37,093 bases of DNA from Sulfurospirillum sp. (lineage in GTDB: Bacteria; Campylobacterota; Campylobacteria; Campylobacterales; QNZT01), in contig QNZT01000053.1 in assembly GCA_003978455.1 (NCBI GenBank), forward strand, positions 1 through 37,093. The letters run 5' to 3'. How positions within the stretch are numbered: position 1 is the stretch's first letter; each line of letters opens with the position of its first letter. The notes under the pieces were generated by a model. The model searched no databases. It had not been told where the DNA came from and was given only the letters and a program-made list of their open reading frames with translations. A program made the translations under genes and the position numbers. Below, piece after piece: positions 26,590-33,740 of this stretch.

Positions 26590-27549
26590 TTACTCGTCTT
26601 CCGCTTCAAGCTCTTCATATATTTTTTGTAAATGTTTACCCATCTGATGGTCAAATGCGTCCCATTTGACGTAATCTTTCATCATCTCTACTACTTTAGG
26701 TTTGATCTCATACGCTTCTACATCTTCTTCCAGTGCCATCTCTGCACCCTTTTTCAAAAGCTTCATGTAGTTCAGGAATGGATCTATTGTTTCATGCATC
26801 TTGCCAGGTGCACCGTGTCCCGGTACATACAGTGAGAGTTCCGGTGCTTTTTCGATATCTTCAAGCAATTTGATGTTGCCCAAAATACTTGATGATGCAT
26901 CAAAACCTCCCAATCTGCTTTTCATGACATTGTCGCCGAGAAAAAGTGTCTTGCTATTGACATGCAAAATCAGCACATCTGTGTCTGTATGTGCTCTTTT
27001 GGGATGAAAAATCAAAAAAGTCTGACCGTCAATCTCAATTTTATCACCGTTTTTGATGGCAAATTCGGGAAATTGATATGGTTTTGTTCCTTTGAGATTA
27101 TGAGAAAGTCTGTCCAATATACCGTACCATTTATCGGCTTCCCCATCTTTAGAGACATCTATCATATGTTGCAGTGCGTAAATCTTTACATTTGGGTACT
27201 TTTCAGCCATCGTTTTGTTCGCGAACCAGTGGTCGCCGTGTTTATGGGTATCTATAATCGCGATAATAGGCTTTTTGCTAATCTTCTCAACTTCCGCAAA
27301 TATCTTTTTACCAACATTGTAGTTACCGCCCGGATCTATCATGATAAGTCCGTGCTCACCTTCAATGATGGCGGGATTATTCATAAATCCTTCATTTTCC
27401 TCGTTTGGCTCCATCGGAGGTCCAGGCAAAATATACACGTTATCTGCAAACTTTTTAAACTCAAAATTTCCCAGTTTCCCCAGTGTAAATGCATGTGCAC
27501 CGACACTCAAAGCACCGATAAGTGCTAATGACATCAGACTTTTTTTCAT
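26590..27549 (-). CDS. Periplasmic metallo-beta-lactamase-fold hydrolase (SoxH-like), copy 1
   Basis: This is a 319-aa ORF with a Sec signal peptide (MKKSLMSLALIGALSVGAHA). The full MBL ligand set is present (THKHGDHWF, AHTDTD, LGDN, PGHG). Its ATG overlaps the MOSC gene stop (ATGA). The protein ends ..YEELEAEDE. Confidence 0.82.
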   Translation of the reverse strand: MKKSLMSLALIGALSVGAHAFTLGKLGNFEFKKFADNVYILPGPPMEPNEENEGFMNNPAIIEGEHGLIMIDPGGNYNVGKKIFAEVEKISKKPIIAIIDTHKHGDHWFANKTMAEKYPNVKIYALQHMIDVSKDGEADKWYGILDRLSHNLKGTKPYQFPEFAIKNGDKIEIDGQTFLIFHPKRAHTDTDVLILHVNSKTLFLGDNVMKSRLGGFDASSSILGNIKLLEDIEKAPELSLYVPGHGAPGKMHETIDPFLNYMKLLKKGAEMALEEDVEAYEIKPKVVEMMKDYVKWDAFDHQMGKHLQKIYEELEAEDE

Positions 27550-28037
27550 TTTCTCTCCTTTATAATATATACTTGATCACCTTTTTTAATGATACCCTCT
27601 TTGACCACTCTGGCAAAAATACCGCGGTCATCTTTTAACAGTTTTGGAAGTTTGCTATCTATCTTTGACAAACTTTTACAAAGTGTACAGTTTTGGGTTA
27701 TCTCTAAAGTCACCTCGCCTATCCGTATCTGTGCACCTGGTGTCAGATGGTATGGATTATAATCCAAAAGAATATTTTCACCCAATTCACCCGCACCCAG
27801 GGAGATACCTTTCTCTTTAGCTAAAGCATAACTCTGCTCAGCACTCAGCAAAACCGATCTTTCTCTTGCCTTGTTGTAAAATTTATCATTTACAACACCC
27901 TGATGATCCAACATCATTTCATCTACCGGTTTCTTGGAGACAAACAGCCCTACAGCACTTCCGACAGACAACTCTTTTTCACAATCCATTTCCAGATTAT
28001 TCAAAACTCTCTTCTTTATACGCACCGCTACTGACAT
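27546..28037 (-). CDS. Small MOSC-domain protein (no signal peptide)
   Basis: The MOSC-like core is GENILLDYNPYHLTPGAQIRIGEVTLEITQNCTLCKSLS...GIFARVVKEGIIKKGDQVYI, with a conserved Cys region. The start is uncertain. The ATG at 28037 overlaps the thioredoxin gene by 41 nt, whereas the ATG at 27989 (MDCEKE...) removes the overlap. Confidence 0.72.
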   Translation of the reverse strand: MSVAVRIKKRVLNNLEMDCEKELSVGSAVGLFVSKKPVDEMMLDHQGVVNDKFYNKARERSVLLSAEQSYALAKEKGISLGAGELGENILLDYNPYHLTPGAQIRIGEVTLEITQNCTLCKSLSKIDSKLPKLLKDDRGIFARVVKEGIIKKGDQVYIIKERK

Positions 28038-28455
28038 CTTTTAAAACTTTTATAAATTTATCTTTACTCCGATATCCGACAAGATCATAGATAACCTCAC
28101 CTGTCCCGTCGATAAATAAAATCACCGGGAAAAAGTTTATACCCAACACATTTTGCACAAATGCAAGATTACTGTACGTTTTGCCTTTATATTTGACAGT
28201 TTCGTCATCGTCCTTGTTTATATCAACAAAGATAAATCTCTTTTTCACGATTTTTGAAACATCGCTCTCATCAAACTCAAAATCCATCTTTGCACAAAAT
28301 GGACAACCATCTTCATGAACAAACATGAGAACCGTTTTACCGGTTTTATTTGCATCGGCAATATATTTGTCTAAATCGTTGTCCACTCCATCTGCAAATA
28401 GCGTTGTACCGAAGAGAAAAATAATGCCTAAGACCAGACCTATTATTTTTCTCAT
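27997..28455 (-). CDS. Periplasmic thioredoxin-fold protein (CPFC active site; SoxW/SoxS-like)
   Basis: This is a 152-aa ORF with signal peptide MRKIIGLVLGIIFLFGTTLFA. The CxxC motif sits in the context VLMFVHEDGCPFCAKM. Confidence 0.78.
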   Translation of the reverse strand: MRKIIGLVLGIIFLFGTTLFADGVDNDLDKYIADANKTGKTVLMFVHEDGCPFCAKMDFEFDESDVSKIVKKRFIFVDINKDDDETVKYKGKTYSNLAFVQNVLGINFFPVILFIDGTGEVIYDLVGYRSKDKFIKVLKDVSSGAYKEESFE

Positions 28456-28463
28456 AATTCTAC

Positions 28464-29660
28464 CTATTCGTCATCCAGCATCTCAAGTTCGTCATATGCA
28501 TAACCGACATTTTGCGCATTTAAGATATCGTACATTTTTTTATCTTTGAACTCTTCAAGCTTCACTTTCTCGGTTATCTCTGTCGCATCAACGTCATCTT
28601 CAAGCGCTTTCATAATTCTCTCTTTAAGCAATTTAAAATAGAGCTCAGCCTCTTTTGCCGCATCTTTGCCCGTATTGAAACCGTGCCCGGGAACCAGAAC
28701 ATTCCAGTCAAATTTCTTGATGTCATTGATCGCTTTTATCTGCCCCATCACAGAACCGTCTCTATTTGAAGTGATCCTGCCATTCATCACAAGGTCACCG
28801 GCGAACAAAACTTTTCTTTTTGGCAGATAGAGATAGATATCATCTACTGTGTGTGCTTTAACATCCATCGGGATAACAACAAATTCTTCGCCGCCTAGTT
28901 TTATCACCTTCTTCTCTTTAGGAACTTCATCTACTTTGATGATATGCGTCCCTTTAATCGCATTTTTAGGAAGAATTTTAAACATTCTTGTCGGATCACC
29001 GTCTTTGTAATTTTCATTGATACTCGATGGTCCTATGATATGCGCATTGAACTTCTTTTTATAAAAATCATTTCCAAGCCAATGATCATCATGATGATGA
29101 GAGTTGACAACATACTTAACCGGTAATTTGGCGATTTTACTCATCGCTTCATATGCCTGTCGTGCAAACTCGTAAGATGGACCAGAATCCATCAGGAAAT
29201 AGCCATCTTTTGTTTTGATATAACAGCTGTTCGCCATAAATCCGGCATTCTCTTTTGTCGGTTTGTCAAGTGCACCGAAAAAACACCAGACATCATCTGC
29301 TACTTTTTTAGGTTTAAGCTTATAATCAAACGGTTTTTCATTATCTGCTTTATCTGTTTTTGCACCTTTTTTTGCGCCCGCTGCCGCCATTGATATAAGT
29401 TCACCGATGGTTTTATCTTCACCGACAGAAGTTATCTTGACATCCACGGAGGAGGTTTTTTTATCGGTTTTTTGACTCACAGCACTCTTTTGTTGTGTTG
29501 TACCTTGCATTTTATTCAATGTTTCAAGTTTTGCAATGCTACTTGTCAGCTCTGAGATGGCAGTATCTAAAGTTTTAATTGCGTCTTGCAACGTATCACC
29601 TGCAAAAACTGCACTGTGCATTGACGCCACAAGCACACAGCTTACTAATATTTTTTTCAT
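28464..29660 (-). CDS. Periplasmic metallo-beta-lactamase-fold hydrolase (SoxH-like), copy 2, with a ~115-aa low-complexity N-terminal extension
   Basis: This is a 398-aa ORF with signal peptide MKKILVSCVLVASMHSAVFA. A coiled/Lys-Thr-Ser-rich stretch follows, then the MBL core (NSHHHDDHWLGN, AHTVDD, AGDLV, PGHG). The RBS is AGGAGA. The protein ends ..YDELEMLDDE. Confidence 0.82.
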   Translation of the reverse strand: MKKILVSCVLVASMHSAVFAGDTLQDAIKTLDTAISELTSSIAKLETLNKMQGTTQQKSAVSQKTDKKTSSVDVKITSVGEDKTIGELISMAAAGAKKGAKTDKADNEKPFDYKLKPKKVADDVWCFFGALDKPTKENAGFMANSCYIKTKDGYFLMDSGPSYEFARQAYEAMSKIAKLPVKYVVNSHHHDDHWLGNDFYKKKFNAHIIGPSSINENYKDGDPTRMFKILPKNAIKGTHIIKVDEVPKEKKVIKLGGEEFVVIPMDVKAHTVDDIYLYLPKRKVLFAGDLVMNGRITSNRDGSVMGQIKAINDIKKFDWNVLVPGHGFNTGKDAAKEAELYFKLLKERIMKALEDDVDATEITEKVKLEEFKDKKMYDILNAQNVGYAYDELEMLDDE

Positions 29661-29680
29661 CTTATCTCCTGCTCCTTTGG

Positions 29681-29757
29681 ATTATAAATACTCAATCTGC
29701 CGCTACAAAGGCAGATTGAGTATTTATAATAGGACGGTACTTGTGTGATACCGCCCT
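29681..29757 (-). promoter_or_regulatory. Two tandem hairpins between soxZ and the downstream MBL gene (21-bp perfect stem; 9-bp imperfect stem)
   Basis: Hairpin 1 is ATTATAAATACTCAATCTGCC (29681-29701), loop GCTACAAA, then GGCAGATTGAGTATTTATAAT (29710-29730). Hairpin 2 is AGGACGGTA (29731-39) / TACCGCCCT (29749-57) with one mismatch. No U-tract follows on either strand, so this is not a canonical intrinsic terminator. Confidence 0.65.
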
Positions 29758-29769
29758 ATATGACAAAAC

Positions 29770-30060
29770 TTACTTAACTTTTGTTTTCTTAGTCTCAGTT
29801 TTACCTTTAAGGTCTGTTACCGTTACTTCGAAATCGTCTCCCTTTTTGCCTTTAAATTTAAACTTTAAAAGAGGGTTTTTAGACAGGAATCCACTTCCAC
29901 TCATCTCATATACTACTTTGTCACCGCTTTTTGCGACAACTGAGGTGATGAAGTTTGGCTCTTTTTTCTTTTTTTCAGCCTCTTCAGGTCCTATATTGTC
30001 AGCTTTGATCATAATTTTTGCTTTTACGATTCCATCTTTCTCTTTTGCTTTAACTTTCAT
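29770..30060 (-). CDS. soxZ: Thiosulfate-oxidation carrier complex subunit SoxZ
   Basis: This 96-aa protein reads MKVKAKEKDGIVKAKIMIKA...NFITSVVAKSGDKVVYEMSGSGFLSKNPLLKFKFKG, typical of SoxZ. It lies immediately downstream of soxY. Confidence 0.88.
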   Translation of the reverse strand: MKVKAKEKDGIVKAKIMIKADNIGPEEAEKKKKEPNFITSVVAKSGDKVVYEMSGSGFLSKNPLLKFKFKGKKGDDFEVTVTDLKGKTETKKTKVK

Positions 30061-30126
30061 TTTTTTCCTTTCAATTATATTTTTTTAGTTCTGCTATTAC
30101 CAAATACCCAATCATTGCGGGGAAGA

Positions 30127-30576
30127 TCAACCGCCGCAACCACCTTTTGATACTTCAATAGGCAACACTTTTTTATACAATTTTCCATCTTTACCTTCAA
30201 CTACAGCAACAATATTTCCTGATTTTTTCATTTTCATTGTCACAGAGTAATCTACGATTCCACCTTCCGGTACTGTCCAGACTGCAACCGCTGAGCGAGG
30301 ATTTGTATCCTGGAAAAGCGCTACTGATTTCGCTTCAATATCAGAAGATACTGTAACAGGAATCTTTCCACCGTTCTCTGCAAGTTTCGGTGCTTTGATT
30401 TTCACACCTTTTTCTTCCGCTTTTGCATCACCATACAGTGCTTTGATCGCGTCATCAGGTGTTGTAGCTTTCCACGCATCCGGCTTATCTTTTCTGAAAT
30501 CCTTAGCATTTAACTTTGACATAGGTATCAAAGCAAGTGCCGCTATACTTAAACTTAAAAATTGTCTTCTTTCCAT
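30127..30576 (-). CDS. soxY: Thiosulfate-oxidation sulfur-carrier protein SoxY
   Basis: This is a 149-aa protein with Tat signal MERRQFLSLSIAALALIPMSKLNA. It carries the diagnostic C-terminal swinging-arm motif GGCGG. The RBS is AAAGGA. Confidence 0.92.
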   Translation of the reverse strand: MERRQFLSLSIAALALIPMSKLNAKDFRKDKPDAWKATTPDDAIKALYGDAKAEEKGVKIKAPKLAENGGKIPVTVSSDIEAKSVALFQDTNPRSAVAVWTVPEGGIVDYSVTMKMKKSGNIVAVVEGKDGKLYKKVLPIEVSKGGCGG

Positions 30577-30608
30577 TATATTATCCTTTCATGATCTAAA
30601 ATATATCT

Positions 30609-30723
30609 TTTTGAATCGCACACTTTATGCCAGACAAAGTCACTCCGAGCGTCTCCGATTCAAAAGAAGCTCTCTTTGTCTGACACAACCTACCGCCAAA
30701 ATCTGGACACATAAAGTATATCA
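30609..30723 (-). promoter_or_regulatory. soxD-soxY intergenic element: candidate internal extended -10 promoter plus two interleaved stems
   Basis: On the minus strand, TGATATACT occupies 30723-30715. Stem A is TTTTGAATCG 30609-30618 / CGATTCAAAA 30656-30665 (10 bp). Stem B is CAGACAAAG 30631-30639 / CTTTGTCTG 30674-30682 (9 bp). The arms interleave in the order B',A',B,A on the mRNA strand, which gives a pseudoknot topology. Confidence 0.45.
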
Positions 30724-30756
30724 TATTTTATGTGAACTAATTGTGTATCTTAAAAA

Positions 30757-31854
30757 TTATTTACTTTTAGAGTACATATACTCGATAATCTCTTTGATCT
30801 TATCATCGCTGAGATCAGTACCACCTCTAGGAGGCATTGCACCTGTTCCGTTGATGGCATTTTTCAGGACTTTGTCCATCCCTTTTTTCATCACTTTTTC
30901 CCAGTCCTCTTTATTTCCGACTACAGGAGCTCCCATCGCGTCTGTACCGTGACACACTTTACAGTTAGCCTCATACTCTTCTTGTCCCGGCGCTACAGAA
31001 GCATCCTTTTTCTTAGGAGGAAGATCTCTGGCTTCTCCGAAAGGTGGACTAACGTCGGTTCTTGGATCTTTCACAACAACCAACTTTGCACCGTCATCTT
31101 CGCAGTCATGCATACATCTCTTGCCCAGTGCACCGATATTTTTCGGATCAGAGAGAAATTTTTTGACATTTTCAGGACCATTTGGACCATCGATATTCGG
31201 GATAAATCCATTCTCGTTCGGCATATGGATTTTTGTAAAATTCTCATTGCTGAGTACAAAATCATCATCCATCTCTTCACCGTCGATTTTAATATCGTTT
31301 GTGGCAAGCAGATATGCGGTTATCGCGTAGGTATCATCCCAGCTCAAACTCTTCGGATGCGCATATGGCATGGCATCGTGGATATACCATAATAGTGTAG
31401 ATGCTTTTGGCCAGTAAGTACCGATCGTTCTTTGCGGTGCATCTGTATTGCCCGGTGTTCTCTGGTTTGTCAGAGATTTGATATCACCGCCTGTCAAAGT
31501 AGGGTATCCTTTTCCACCGGCACCGAAGTCACCGTGACATACGGCACACTGCTCTTCAAACAACTCATCACCTCTCTCGACACTTCCCTTACCGACAGGT
31601 AAACCTGTACCATCAGGAAGGATGTCGGTATCCCAAGCTTTAAGCTCAGCCTTGGTCGGTGCACGTCCATAGTGGATAGGACCGACTTTTTGATCGTTAT
31701 AACGATATACCGTATACTTTCCATCTTTTCGGGGATAGGTCATTCCGCCGTCAACTGCATCTTTTTTGCCGTCAAATGCCGCGAAAGCTGCTACAGAAGA
31801 GAGCAGTAGCGCCGCAACACCTACACCGATACTTTTACGAACGCATGTGTGCAT
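30757..31854 (-). CDS. soxD: Dihaem cytochrome c SoxD (partner of SoxC)
   Basis: Two CxxCH motifs are present (CAVCHGDFG and CKVCHGTD). The ORF is open to 31920. The ATG at 31854 (MHTCVRKSIGVGVAALLLSSVAAFA, a signal peptide) is preceded by AAGGGGAGG and overlaps soxC by only 20 nt. Confidence 0.85.
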   Translation of the reverse strand: MHTCVRKSIGVGVAALLLSSVAAFAAFDGKKDAVDGGMTYPRKDGKYTVYRYNDQKVGPIHYGRAPTKAELKAWDTDILPDGTGLPVGKGSVERGDELFEEQCAVCHGDFGAGGKGYPTLTGGDIKSLTNQRTPGNTDAPQRTIGTYWPKASTLLWYIHDAMPYAHPKSLSWDDTYAITAYLLATNDIKIDGEEMDDDFVLSNENFTKIHMPNENGFIPNIDGPNGPENVKKFLSDPKNIGALGKRCMHDCEDDGAKLVVVKDPRTDVSPPFGEARDLPPKKKDASVAPGQEEYEANCKVCHGTDAMGAPVVGNKEDWEKVMKKGMDKVLKNAINGTGAMPPRGGTDLSDDKIKEIIEYMYSKSK

Positions 31855-33190
31855 TGTGAACCTCCCCTTTTGGTGTAACATACCAGCTACAGATCGAATT
31901 CCTGTGATAAACACCTTCAACGCCTATAACACTTTTTTCCTGGTTGATAGTAGGTTGTACATCGCCGGTATCATCTACTGCACGACTTGACAGTATCAAC
32001 TCTTTGCCTTCATATTTGTAAAGATAACTAAATCTTGTCCAGGCTTTTGGAAGCACCAGTCCTTTAAGCTTCGCCTCAACCCAGTTTTTACCGCCGTCAA
32101 AGCTGATATCAACTGCTGTGATCGTACCTTTACCACTCCATGCCAGACCTTCGATCTCAACGATATCGCCTTTTTTAAGATCCGTCCACGGTTTCTCAGG
32201 ACAAGGAGATGTGATGATAGAGTTTACTTCGAGTGGATAGAAGTGCTGAATCGCTTTACCGGTAGGAAGAAGTGTGGTATATTTTGAAGTCTCTTCTTTC
32301 GCATACCATGGCTTGTCACCGAATTTTAATCGCTTCAGCCACTTAACGGATAAGTTCGCTTCCCATCCCGGGAGAAGAAGTCTGATAGGATATCCCTGCT
32401 CTTCACGTAGTGCCTCACCATTCATAGCATATGCGATCATCGCATCATCCATCACCTTTTCAACAGGAATAGTTCTGCTCATAGAGGAACCGTCACCACC
32501 CTCTGCCAGCATCCACAACGCTTTTGGATCAACGCCGACATCTTCAAGGATTGTTTTCAGTCTTACACCTGTCCACTCGGTACAACTCATCATACCTTTG
32601 ACAAACTGCAATGAGTCAAACTGCGGCGCTTTCCACTCAGGTGCACCGTTTGATGGACACTCAAGGAAGTGAATAACACTTTCACTCGGATATTTTTTGA
32701 TATCTTCCACAGTTAGCACTATAGGATTTTTCACCATACCGTGAATCATCAATCTATGTTTATTTGGATCGATTCTTGCTACACCGTTATGCGTTCTGGT
32801 AAAGAAAAGACCGTTTGGTGTAATGATTCCGTTTAAATCCTGTAGCGGTGTTACTGAAATCGCAGCATGCATATCACCGGCTGATGAGAGCAAAGGTGTA
32901 GTTCTTCTTACAACATTGTGCTCATACGGTGAAGGGATTCCATAAGGATGTTTATTGAGTTCATAGCCCAACGAGGTGGCCCATGGTTGTTCCTCTACAA
33001 TCATCTTGTCATCCGCACATATTTCGCCGTCAGCCAAAAGTTTGCCTGGCGATAAAATACTACCGGCAGCAACCGCGCTTATAGAATAAGCAGCAGCTTT
33101 TCTGAAAAAGTCTCTTCTACTAGATTTGGTTGTCTTTTTATCTAGAGACAAATTTAAATCATTACTAGAAGTTATATCAGCATCTTTCAT
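31835..33190 (-). CDS. soxC: Molybdopterin-dependent sulfane dehydrogenase SoxC (sulfite-oxidase family)
   Basis: This is a 451-aa protein with Tat signal SRRDFFRKAAAYSISAVAAG. It has the sulfite-oxidase-family Moco domain with a Cys ligand context (HFLECPSNGAP), followed by a dimerisation domain. The RBS is GAGGAGG. Confidence 0.9.
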   Translation of the reverse strand: MKDADITSSNDLNLSLDKKTTKSSRRDFFRKAAAYSISAVAAGSILSPGKLLADGEICADDKMIVEEQPWATSLGYELNKHPYGIPSPYEHNVVRRTTPLLSSAGDMHAAISVTPLQDLNGIITPNGLFFTRTHNGVARIDPNKHRLMIHGMVKNPIVLTVEDIKKYPSESVIHFLECPSNGAPEWKAPQFDSLQFVKGMMSCTEWTGVRLKTILEDVGVDPKALWMLAEGGDGSSMSRTIPVEKVMDDAMIAYAMNGEALREEQGYPIRLLLPGWEANLSVKWLKRLKFGDKPWYAKEETSKYTTLLPTGKAIQHFYPLEVNSIITSPCPEKPWTDLKKGDIVEIEGLAWSGKGTITAVDISFDGGKNWVEAKLKGLVLPKAWTRFSYLYKYEGKELILSSRAVDDTGDVQPTINQEKSVIGVEGVYHRNSICSWYVTPKGEVHNAHMRS

Positions 33191-33247
33191 CTATCCTCCT
33201 CTCAAAATTTTGAATTTTTAATAATTCCATCTACTTTAGGAAGACAA

Positions 33248-33253
33248 ATTATA
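33248..33253 (-). promoter_or_regulatory. Candidate -10 hexamer (TATAAT on the minus strand) for soxCDYZ
   Basis: The minus strand reads GTTGTAATATAATTTG about 55 nt upstream of the soxC ATG, in an AT-rich region. A second TATAAT-like site occurs near 33304-33309. The call is unverified. Confidence 0.3.
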
Positions 33254-33570
33254 TTACAACTTTCTTTAATAAAGCTTGAACTATCTTGATATTTCGCACC
33301 TCCATTATAAATAGGTAGAGATATAACAAAAATTAAAAACACAAAATATACAATTTGCTTCTGTTCGGGAGGTCATCGATAAACTTATCTTATCAATCAA
33401 TATTCATAATAAATTACTTTTTAGTAACAATAATAATTTTTATAAGTTAGAACATTATTATTCGAGAAACATTTTACCACACGGTGGTATTGTGGCGCTT
33501 TGCAGAGAACAGATAATTTTTCATGAATTGATCTTTCAGGGTGTAAAGAGAGGAGTATACAGAAAACAAT

Positions 33571-33600
33571 ACCATGTGGCAATACATCATGCCACATGGT
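33571..33600. promoter_or_regulatory. Perfect 11-bp palindrome ACCATGTGGCA-N8-TGCCACATGGT in the 550-bp sox upstream region (candidate operator or RNA hairpin)
   Basis: The palindrome is seen directly. Weaker outer complementarity flanks it (TATACAG ... CTGTCTATA). A related small palindrome, TACCAC-acg-GTGGTA, lies at 33475-33489. Confidence 0.5.
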
Positions 33601-33706
33601 GTCCCCTGTCTATATAGCAGTAAGAATAATTTTTTGCATATTAAACTTACAAATTGATTATATATTAATTGGGATAAAATTTATCTTAATTAAATCTATT
33701 ATCGGC

Positions 33707-33712
33707 TATAAT
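33707..33712 (+). promoter_or_regulatory. Candidate -10 hexamer (TATAAT) for the DUF4149-like gene
   Basis: GGCTATAAT lies about 30 nt upstream of the ATG at 33741. The RBS AAGGAG is at 33731-33736. Confidence 0.35.
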
Positions 33713-33740
33713 TCTTGAAATTTATCAAAAAAGGAGTCTT

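Noticed and set aside
33493-33594. Sigma-54-like TGGC...TGC elements: TGGCGCTTTGCA at about 33493, and TGGCAATACATCATGCC within the palindrome
   Set aside because: The GG-to-GC spacing does not match the -24/-12 consensus. One is too short by 4 nt and the other is off by 1 nt.
33574-33657. 27-codon ORF (MWQYIMPHGVPCLYSSKNNFLHIKLTN) overlapping the palindrome
   Set aside because: The nearest GGAG lies 18 nt upstream of the ATG, which is too far. The ORF arises from the palindrome itself, and nothing else supports coding.
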